This document shows, piece by piece, positions 50,850 to 61,267 of a stretch of 64,000 nt of DNA; within the stretch, counting starts at the first letter, position 1; every line of letters begins with the position of its first letter. The notes below the pieces were generated by a model. That model made no database searches, was not told the origin of the DNA, and saw only the letters and a list, made by a program, of their open reading frames with translations. Location of the stretch: assembly GCA_050084515.1 (NCBI GenBank), contig CM114271.1, forward strand, positions 32,426,001 through 32,490,000. The letters are read 5' to 3'. Source of the DNA: Blasia pusilla (Eukaryota). The position numbers and the translations under genes were made by a program.

Positions 50850-53800
50850 ATCCACTTTATTATAAAAGAAACCTCATAAGAGGACAAAGAAAGGTAATAA
50901 CAACTCAAAAGAGGAGTCAAAAAATGCATACAAGAATGCAAAAAGAAAATGGCAACAAGCCAACGTAGACACCGGCTCAACCGGCTACAAGATTGATAGT
51001 CTGAAACAAGTCTGACAAGAACACGAGTGGTTGGTCAGACGTGAATGGACGACGACGCGAGCGACCCCCCACCACCTCCGCACGACCTATCAATGCAAAG
51101 GCTTGTACACGTTGTAAGGCCACTGAGATGCATTGCCGAAAATAAGTAGTAACTACCGAGAGAGAAGGACTACGGGAAGGGGCAAGGTGATGGTTCTCGA
51201 GGGAGTGGTGAGCACATGTTTTCAGGAAAGTATCAAAAGACACATGTAAATGACCGAATACTTCCACTACAAAAGGAATAAATCCATCAGTCGCATGTCT
51301 CACAGAATAACTTAACTCCTTGATTCTTCCTGCAGCTTCGGCCGCCAAACCTTTGGTATGTGCGGCTCGACACACCAAGACAAAACGTGTTGGATCAACA
51401 ACCACCACATCACCTAGTGTCCGGAATCCACCTCGAGACATAACAAGATCCACTCTCCGACAAGAGGTTGCTTGTGTGGTTGAAGGTAGGACGTGGAGTT
51501 GCTCTTGCCCAAGGATGTATCCTGCAGTACGAGCCACCGATGCTACCGCCTCTCTTATGACGTCATGTGTGGCCGTTCGTTCTCCACCATGTGCACATCA
51601 GAGAATATGGATACCCTTGGCATCAATGGGATCCCCGCATACACAATTCGGCACACCTAAGAGAGAAGGATGGGGAAGTCCACGACGTAACCGCAAAGCT
51701 GTCAAGAATATACTTCGAGGAAGACGAAATGGAAGAATAAGAGGACTTTCGATAAGCCACGCCCCCGCTCTAGTACGCACACATGAACGTAGACGAGCTC
51801 GATTAGCGTCAGAGGATGCCTTGGAGAGAATGCTGGAAAAGTTTATTTTATGCATATTCTCGGAGATATGCTCTTGAAGTCGATCAAGCCCTTTTGTAGT
51901 CAATTGACTGAAAGGGGATATAATTGCTTGTGTAGCAAGAGGAAGAAGAGCTCCTGTAGATCTCAATTGTTGTTGAAATAACAAGTCTCCCTCCTCTACA
52001 TGGGCGATATGATCCATCAAGATAGGTGTATCTCCTTGGAGAAACCTTGAAGCCATAATTGGTGCTACCAATGCCCAACTCCCCAAAAAGTTTGCGGGAG
52101 CAGATGCGACTATGGAGGACAGTCCCACCCCTCCAAAAGAAATAGGCAAGATAGCTTGTCGTGAAGCAAAGACACCATCCTCTCCCTCAAAGGTATTTGG
52201 GCCAAGAAGTTGACCAAAAGTTGCCAAGATAGAAGCATCAAAAGAGGCCAACCGATGTAAGAACCTTGAAGTGGGAGGACAAGTGCGAAGAAGGTAGGAA
52301 GGACGTCGTAGAAAACATTTTGAGAGAATCCCATAAGCCACTTGGGGATCCCCTAGATGAGGTAACAAATGAAGTCATTCCACGTCTTTCAAAAGGGCCT
52401 CATCCAAGAACTTTGAGATATAGTCGATGAAGCCAATTGGGACCCCAAGAACTCTAACCCCTTCAATGTAGATGGGAAAATCAAGAGTAGGTGGGGTGAA
52501 TATTGAGGGAAGGCATGAAGGAGACCATACTCCACATTTACTAGGTTGGACTTTAAGGTTTAAGAAAGAGAGTTGCTCCACGGAATGGGTATAAGCAGGA
52601 ACCACTTCAGAAGGAGGACCTATAATGTGATTGTCATCAGCAATAGAAGGGAAAAGACAAGATGGAAATGCTTGCGCTGATGCTCGAAGGGCACGAAAAT
52701 GGGCAATGGCAAAGAGTGGGCCCCCCATGGGATCATCTTGACGTGTGCCACCAGTCGATTGTAGAATACTATATTCCCTAGAAGTAGCATGATGGGAATA
52801 GATAATGGGGATATCATAGGCATAGAAGGAGCCAACAAATGGAGTGAGGCTCGCAAGTTGTCCTCCTGCACAACGTAACTCCTCAAAGATGGCCGCACGA
52901 GAAACTGAATTGAATGCGCTAGCCATATCAACTTGAATCGCTACCCAATCTGGATGAATATCAAGAGTGGAGAAAATCCCATGCACCACAGCCTCACAAG
53001 GAGTTGCCACTCCAAATTGATGAGGAAATAAGTGGGCACTAAAGTGAGGACGAAATTGCAAGCATAGGGATCGACTAACCAAGCGGTATAAAACCTCTCC
53101 AATAGCCAAGGGGCGCACACCTGAAGGAGGCTTATCCATAGCCAACAAACGACAAGCCCCTAAGAGTCTAGAGATAGAGAATGGAAGACGACCTGTCGCC
53201 ATATGTGCACACACCTTATATAGAGAGACAAAGCCACTTGCTGAATCTGCTGGGATAAAGCAATCGCGGAGATGCTCAAAAACCATCCCTGATAGCCCGC
53301 TTGCTGATAAGCGAGGAGTATGCAGAAAAGCCCTTGAGAAAACCTCCAATTCAAGCTCCAAGTCAAGGTCCGTTGTATAGTCTTCCACAAAAGATGGAGC
53401 ATCGCCACTTGAAGGAGGATGAAGAGCTTCTAAGAGAGCCACTATTTCCGCACTTGGAACTGCCGGAGAAAGAGGACCCAATGCTCGAGTTGCACGTGAA
53501 AACTCACCAACCTGCCCCAAAAGTAGACTTCGTCGAAGGCGTTGTTTTATTGAAGGCCTCCCATGATTGGCATGTTGAGTGGGATGAGCCGCAGCTTAGG
53601 CCTCTGCTCAAAGTACATGCTCATTCTGAAGATTCTCCCAATCCCCAAACATAAAGCGTTGAATACGTGTGGAGGTTTCACGATGACCGTTGCACCACCC
53701 CTTGGAGGGAGGACTAAAACCCATTGTGGGAAGAGTAATAGGAGATACCAAGAATTTATATTTGTGGGGTCAGGCGGTAACCTTTCTAATGGTAAAAGCA

Positions 53801-55130
53801 AAGCTTGTTGGGTGATGGGGCGAAGAGCAATAGGAATGCGAGTGTAGAGTCTAGGACGAGGAAGACCTAGGTGGAAAGAGCGAAGTAGATCAATTTGGCT
53901 TAACCAAGTCCAAGAAATTGTTGTGGGGAGTGCAGTAGGAGGTGGTATCGGGTTAGGGTTTGAAGGCCCATGCATGGATCGACAGTACCGCTGATGTCTT
54001 TTGATCCCATTAGGAGCAAACTCCTTACCACAAGGTATGCAACGAACCTTTGATACAAATGGAGAAGTAGAAGGGTTACAAGGAGAGGAGGTAGGAGGTG
54101 CAAGAGGTGGTGATGGCCGACGATGAGGGGGTAAGTAAGTTGGGGAAGGAGGAGGAGGAAGAGGGGAGATTCAGGTAGAATAGATGGGAGTTGGAAGCAA
54201 GGGCCTAGATGAGATATGTGGGGATGGCAAAGTAGATGGATTCGGTAATAATGGTAATAATGGATTAGGCTCAAAAAAACGAGGCGAAGAAGGGAGAAGA
54301 GGAGAATCCGGAAGAAATGTAGCGAGCATAATGGGTGTATCAACATTTGGAGGAAAATGGCGAGATCTACGATGAGGAGGTGAACCAGAGGGAGAGGTTA
54401 CGGTTGTAGGAGGGCATGTAAAACCATATAAGCGAGTAGATGGAGAATCCAACTCCATCTCTGATGACATAGAAGTAAAGGTAGGCAAGTCATCGAAGAC
54501 ACGAAGAGACATATGAAACGTGGTTTGGAGAAAGCATGAGGATAACAAGCAAAGAAAAAGTAGTGGAATCCGTCCAAAAGACATTTAGATGGAGAGATGA
54601 AGATTAGGAAGTACCGAATTTATGATTGAAAGTTACTATAAGAAAAATATAAAAATAAATTGAAAAGGAAAAATGATCTTTATGGTATCGGAAGAGGTGG
54701 CTCAAGAATATGAATTTCTAATGTCCTTAAGGAGATGGCAAACGTATGTAGGGGCAATATAGTAAGGTAAGGAGTTGGAAGAGCAAGGAAGACTTTTGGG
54801 AGGATTTGACCTAAACAAACCCGTACACAAAAATAGGCGCCTACAGAGAAGGAAGAAAAATTAGAAAACCTTTTTGATATCAAAAGAACGAACTTGTCAA
54901 GAGGATCGAAACAAGCCCAAACACGTCTAAAACCGACATTCCAGAAGAAAGTTATGAAAGAAGTTGGAAACACCAAAAAAGAGGATGTTAGGAGTAAGTG
55001 CGCCACCCACCAATGACCGCTATGAGGGAATGAGTTCGTAATGTTGGGCCCAGCCCGTATCAAAAGATCCAGAAAAGCAAGAGGAATCCCTTAAATCGAT
55101 GGTAAACCGGTATCACTCTATAAGGAGAGC
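50850..55130 (-). mobile_element. CRE-like non-LTR retrotransposon with restriction-like endonuclease, near full length, decayed
   Basis: Single-ORF layout: N-terminal zinc finger, RT, CCHC knuckle, then PD-(D/E)xK-like nuclease. The 3' UTR has AATAAA. The 5' boundary is approximate. Confidence 0.88.
50977..54584 (-). pseudogene. ZnF-RT-CCHC-RLE polyprotein of the CRE-like element
   Basis: Zinc finger CIPCGKEFAPNGIKRHQRYC (54041-53982). RT motifs GVRPLAIGE, QFGVA, VDMASAFNSVSR, GTRQDDPMG, SIADD. Knuckle CVCG...HIL*C. RLE segments RTATHD, RRVDLV...GDV..VDP, KELSY, FIPFVVEVFG. The stretch 53520-50977 is one frame broken by two TGA stops. Confidence 0.88.
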
Positions 55131-55435
55131 GCTATATTTGCGTATAGGAATCTATGAGCACATTTAGGAGAGAAGGAGGTCCAAAGATCCCAAGAACTTT
55201 GGAAAAGTCAATCTTAAGTGGAAAAAAGAAGAACCCAAAGTTCAAGCTTGAGAAGATCAACACATTGGGCCTTAGATTGAAAAGATTGGATCACAATGGA
55301 AATAGTTACAAGAAAAATTCTATACATCCCTCCATCTCCTCCGCCATAGTCCTCCTCCTCAAATGTTCATGTTTCTTTTTTTTATTCCCAGAAAAAAAAA
55401 TCCTTTTTGATGAAGAAATTTGAAAGTAAAAGGCG

Positions 55436-55804
55436 TGTCATGACCATACGGATTATGTCGTAGAGTATGGTGTGCTGGTAGAGGCCATTCCTTATGTAGG
55501 ACCGAAGTGGCTTGGTAGAGATGCGGTTCCATACATAGGGTTGGGGGTTACTCACTTGGGGGTGACTTTCCCAGTAGGGCCCGCTCTTAGGTTGGAGGAT
55601 ATAAGGTGGCTTGCCCTCAAAGAACAGTCAGTTCTTTGAGTTGAGCTCATATGCGTTGGGAGTTAGCCTTGGTAGTGAGTAGAGCTCTTGGCTATGGTGT
55701 TTCCCGCAAGCTTCGACCTAGATTCTCCCATCGTGGAGTGGGTTTGGCTCGATTGTATGTGATTGTAAACGTGTTTTATGACAGAAGGTCTTTCATGCAT
55801 TTCA
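55436..55804 (+). repeat. 5' terminal repeat X1 of copy 2 (369 bp, TG...CA)
   Basis: Homologous to 14989-15356. TATAAG at 55600-55605. No Y sequence lies upstream. Confidence 0.92.
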
Positions 55805-55816
55805 CTCAAAGAACTG
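55804..55816 (+). promoter_or_regulatory. Self-priming type primer-binding site of copy 2
   Basis: ACTCAAAGAACTG is the reverse complement of CAGTTCTTTGAGT at 55629-55641. The A at 55630 is 30 nt after the TATA start. Confidence 0.8.
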
Positions 55817-57188
55817 GAGTAGATCGATGGTAGCTTCGATTGTAGATCAATAGGATCTGGTTAGGGTTGATTGTGTACTCAGCCGTGGATATTCGGGGCT
55901 TGTTGCCTATGTTGGAGGTGTGAATCAGGTGCGTGGTTGGTTGGGAAAGAAGCGCCTTGCTGAGAGCTTTCCAACGCGCTGTAGATCGCCGGATTTCGTG
56001 AAGGGAGTTGGAAGTTATCAAGCATTGAAGATTCTGGTTCGTGTTCTCGACAGTTTTCTGATGTGGAGAGCTTGGAGTGCGGAAGCTCTGTTGAAGTTCA
56101 TCCAGATCGGGTGAGAGGTTCCTATTGCTACTTGTATTGTGATCTCATGTGAAGCTATCTGCTCGAGTGCGTGGAGCGTTGCGGATTTCTGCGTGCATGA
56201 AACTTGGCGGAAGCGCTGTCGGATTTGCGGTTCTAGAGGTGTATGGACAACAAGTTTGTCTGATTTTTAGCTCGGAGTACGGAGCTTGGTTGTAGCTGAG
56301 TTTTTGTGGGGAGATATCTATGGTGGTCAATTGAATTTTGATCGAAACAGATTTGATTTCGGTCACGTATTTGTGAAGTAATTTCTGATCGAAATTTCGC
56401 GGACTAGCTCAAGGTCTGGCTATGGTGGACAGCGGATCGGAGGGGCTGGTTGGTTGGTGAGGCTTCGAGGCAACTCGTGGTAGCTCGGGGCGAGTGGGCG
56501 TGAGAGGCGGAGTAAGGAGCAAGGAGCAAGCAAGCAAGCTTGCTTGCTTGGGCGTGAGGCAATTTTTGCAGGATTTGGGATTTGAGTTTTGCATAATGGT
56601 CACCCATCTTTGGGCTATTCTCGCTGGAGGACGCTTAATCGCTGAGTTCTTAACTATGCAGGTGTCTCATGTTGTAGCTCATTTGGTCTTTGTTCGGAGA
56701 TGTGTTAGGCGCTTTATGCATCTCAGGTTTTTGGTTGATGTACCTCTAGCGCATAGTACGGTGTAGCCTCTCCATGCAGGTGATATTTTCAGGTGCTGAG
56801 AGTTCGACTAGTACGTCATCGACCCGCGGTGGAGTAGCTATTGCGTTAGAATTGTGTGGTGGGTTTTGTGGATTCAGGGGGCACCACGTTTGGTGGATTG
56901 TGTTACCTTGATTTCCATTTGCGGTTGGAGGGTTGTCGTTGGACTTCTGTGTTTGGATCCCCTCCATCGTGCTTCTTCTTGCTTGCGCCCATTGTTAGGG
57001 TTGACGCTGATTTCGAGTAGTGTTACCTGTGTGCTCCGATAGTGGGGCTGCAGTGATGACCCGTAGACCGTGGGAGGCTTCTTGTAGTGATGAGAGGTTA
57101 GATTGCCTACACCCATAGCTAGTAGAGCTACAATAGTAGAGCGACATCGACGTCACTTGGGTAATTTGGTGGTGGTGCGGCATCGGCA

Positions 57189-59691
57189 TTGGTCATCACG
57201 GAGCTGTCGGGTGGTTTGGTTGGGGACCGTGGTGCGGACAGTGGTGGTTTCACACGGAGTGGATTTAGGTATCGGCTACCTTTTCCACTTCCGACGGTTG
57301 ATGAAGAGGAGGATCAGGGTGTTCCAAACACCGAGTCTTCTACGTTGTTATCGAGTGTTGCAGCTCCATTGATTTGGGACATGGACGGTGGATATGGGGC
57401 CATGAAGGGCCCACTAACGATACTCGGTGCAAGTGGGCACCATTGAGTTGGAGGACTTCATGCAGGAGTTTGATACGTGGTGTGATATGCAGATGTTGCG
57501 GAACGCCACGTTGTTTACACCCTTCTTGGCTTGGAAGGGGTTGTTTCAGCACTTGGAAGGACCACCCATGGATGATTACCATGAGTTTAGGAAGGACCAT
57601 GTTGCTGAGATTGAGGCATGGAGACAATATTGGTCTCCAGGCTATGTGTCTATCACCCATGGTGGTATTGGTAGTAGTGCTCCTACTATGTCAGCCAGCC
57701 CGACGTTGAGTGGTACGAGTACGAGCCGGAGTGGGGTACCAGTGGAGGTACTAGTGGGGTACTAGTGGAGGTACTAGTGCCCCACCATCGCTCGATCCGT
57801 TGCGAGTTCTTCAAGAGGTTGAAGAAGAACTATCAGGGAGTGAAGACGGAGAATTTGAGGAATCTTCAGGACTTTGAGCGAAAGACTGGTGAGAGTCTTC
57901 GTGAGGCATACACTCGTATGCGACGCTTGATTTAAGTTACCCAGGGTGTGACTGAGGATCAGGCAGTCCAATTTTGGTACGGGATCTCGGACAGAGATTT
58001 GCGCCGTAGGGTACGTGATGCTACTCTTATGAGTGATGATTCACCCACATTGACCCATGTGTTTGCTTTATCTGAGAAGATTGAGCTTAACATGGTGAAG
58101 GAGAGAGTGGTGACATCCGCATTCAGTAGGGATACAACTACTACTTCTCGTGTTTAGCCGCCCACCTCACAGTCTCGTAGTAGTGGTGGTGGTAGTAGTA
58201 GTGGGAGTCGTGGGGGGTACACGCATTTCACTCAAAGAACTAGGTCACCTCAGTCAAGTCCTAGAGGGACATTTGTGCAGAGACCATTGCCTTCATTTTC
58301 TGCCCCGCAGCAAGGACAGTCATGTTGGACATGTGGAGGTGATCATGTTAGGAAGTTTTTTCCCCAAGAGGATGGGAGACGGACTTTGGAGGATGGGCCT
58401 CAGTCGGCCCCAACTCAGTGTGATCATTGCGGGAGACTAGGTCATCCACGAGAGCGTTGCTTTGATCTTCATCCAGAGTTGAGATCAGGCCGTGGCCGTG
58501 GTGGAGTAGCTCCGAGAGGCCGAGGTGGTAGAGGTGGTAGGGGTGGTAGAGGTGGACCAGTGGTTGGAGAGCCTACGGTGGCTACCCCTACCACTACGAC
58601 AGAGTCATCTATGGCTGCCAAGGATTGAGCGTTGGAGCAGAAGTTGGCTACTATGGTCGGTATCCAAAGATAGATCAGTTCAGGGAGCAGGGGCTTCCAC
58701 CTCTTATGGAGGGGATTATCTCTCTTATATGGCGAAAAGATAGGTTGAGGCATCACCAGCAGCGATTCTGAGAGGAGCCACTCGGCGTCGAGCCACGTGG
58801 TGCTACTTGTGGAGTTGGACCCACAGAGGGGTGAGGTGGGAGGCAAAGCTAGGCTTCCCGGTCATTCTTGTTGTCGGGGTGCTTAGGACTCCATCCATGG
58901 TTCCTACGCGAGCCTATTGAGCCGACAGATGGGGATCGAGGCATCGACATCGCGTGTAGTAGGCACGGATGCAAAGCATCCAATGCAAGATTGCGGATGG
59001 CAACCGGTGTTGGGATCCCCTTTGTTTTCGCCACGGAGTCGATGGCTTTAGGAGTTGACTTAGCTCATGTATTTTGATTAGCGACCACGTTGTGTGAACG
59101 TGGGGTATTATGCTACACGTGTTGAGGTGGATGAGGGTGTCGCGGTGGAGCGATCCTCTATGTCGGGAGTAGCATTGAGTACCAGTGCTACTTGGTGCAA
59201 AGCAGCGCGCGGCGAAGATGGATGCATTACCAGCCCGGCCAGCCATTGATCGTGAGAGGCTTACACTTGGTGTATGTATGTTGGACAACCGGAGTGGGAT
59301 CTTCCGATTGGTGAGTCCTACAGACAGGGTGTATAGACCAGATAGAGTCTTGTTAGACTCGGTGCCCAACCTTGATGTTGGGAAAGGCGGCATGTATTGG
59401 TTTGGGTATTCGGAGGTCGAGCTTGAGCCTTACCCATTCCAGATTCAAACATCACTTGGAGGAGCCAATGATAGGTCTCAATTCATGACACGGGAGAAGT
59501 TTTTTGTACAGTTGAGACCAGATCATGCGACTGATAGCTCCCGGTTGGGAGTATCTGCGGTAGTCACATCAGCCGAGTCGTATGATGTACTAGTTGGAGG
59601 AGCAATATTGTACCCGATGGATTTTCAGATGGATTACTGGACTGAGACAGCGTCTTATAGACCAGGTTGGCAGTCCGGGATGGACGTATGA
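57189..59691 (+). pseudogene. gag: gag and protease of copy 2 (frameshifted)
   Basis: Fragments ELEDFMQEFDTWCD, CWTCGGDH, CDHCGRLGHPRERC, RVLLDS and YDVLVGG match copy 1. Confidence 0.85.
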
Positions 59692-60074
59692 GCCAAGTTC
59701 TGTGAGATTTATTTCTGGGGCTCGACCAGAGGGTCTTCCCAACAAGTGTTAGCATCTGTGGCTGGTTTTAGTGGAGTAGTCACTTGGCCAGGAGACTTTT
59801 TGAGGGTAATGTTTGCAATGGATTCTCCTGCGCATGAGGAGGAAGAGGAGGTCCCTATTTTTGCAGCAAAGTGGCATCCTCATCGTTGGATGTGCCACTT
59901 TGGAGTTCAGCGGTGCACTACGGCAGAGGCGTCGCCTAGTGCGGGAGAGGCTTGGTGTCGTGTTATACCTCACGAGGAAGAGGAGGCCCGGGGTGGACTC
60001 CTACTTCTTGCCCCTGTTAGGTTATCCCCTTTGGATACTACACCCATTGTATGGCAAAGTATCCGCCGGAGGGC

Positions 60075-61030
60075 ATTTGTGTGTTAGATCTCTTTGGTGG
60101 GATTAGCACTTTGGTTTTTGGCGCGATGTTGTAGGCCGGTATTCGTGTGCGGAGATACGTGTATGTGGAGCGAGATGAGACGGCCGAGAGAGTCTCATCC
60201 CGACATATTGGTCGATTGATGCGGAGGTATCTGAGTTGTTGCCGCCATCAGCTATTCGTGGGTACCGGCATGCTTTACCATCACACATTGCATTTGTTGG
60301 GCGCAGGACCTTGAGAGGGTTGGTCCTGTGGATTTGATGATTCTTTGGATGGCCATGTCGGGTCATACACGTCTTTGGTCGGGTGAGGGATTACATGACC
60401 CTAGGTCTCGATTGTTTTGGGAGATGTTACGGGTGTTACGACATCTTCAGTTCATCAGCAGTGCTCTAGCTTACATTCGTGAGAATGTTCCATTGTTGGG
60501 TGACACTCGGACCCGGATGATGGCGAGTGTTCATGAGGTGCGCTCTTGGATTGGACCAGCGGTGTTGTTGGATGCAGCGCGAGTTGGCTCGCGTGCACAT
60601 CGTCCACGCTTGTGGTGGACAAACTTGTTGCCTAGGGAGGTTCTACGTCAAGCATATGATGCTGTGCAGCGGGATCCTCGCCTTACAGTGGATAGTATCT
60701 TGGATACTGGGCGACTTTCCCAAGTGGTGAGGGTTATGGATCGGTCACCCATGGCAGTGGTGAACCGTGTGGGCCAGCCTAGGATGGCACTACCCACATT
60801 TGTGAGTTTTCCCTCGTCACATGCCTACAGGGAAGGTGGTCCGGGGCTTGTATGGGATTCTCATGTACGACAGTTGGTGGAGCCTAATGCTGATGAGAGA
60901 GAGCGTGCGATGGGATTTGCTAATGGTGTGACAGCGGTTGCTTCTATTTCTGAGGCTTCACGACGTCATGTGTTGGGTGAGGCCATGGACCTGAATTGTT
61001 TGACTTGGATTTTGAGTCTTGGTATGGCCG
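60075..61030 (+). pseudogene. DNMT3-like methyltransferase domain of copy 2
   Basis: ICVLDLFGGIS from 60075, GWPC (PC 60353-60358), ENV 60481-60489, RAHRPRLWWTNL and ERERAMGF...RRHVLGEAMDL. Confidence 0.92.
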
Positions 61031-61267
61031 AGCAACGTCGACTTCGGACTATGTCTGTGGGTCTTCCACCCCTTGTAATGAGCTCGATGGCTTTGGGGCC
61101 CGGTAGAGGCATCGGCTGGGGGCGAGGAGAGTAGTATTTTGCATCCTTGGAGTAGATGGGATGTAATGGTTGGGCATGTGGAGTTGGTTGCTCATGCTGG
61201 TGGAGGAGTTATTTGCTCAGATGATGGTAAGGGTGTACCATCTTGTGAGGGGGTTGCGTAGCAGCCA

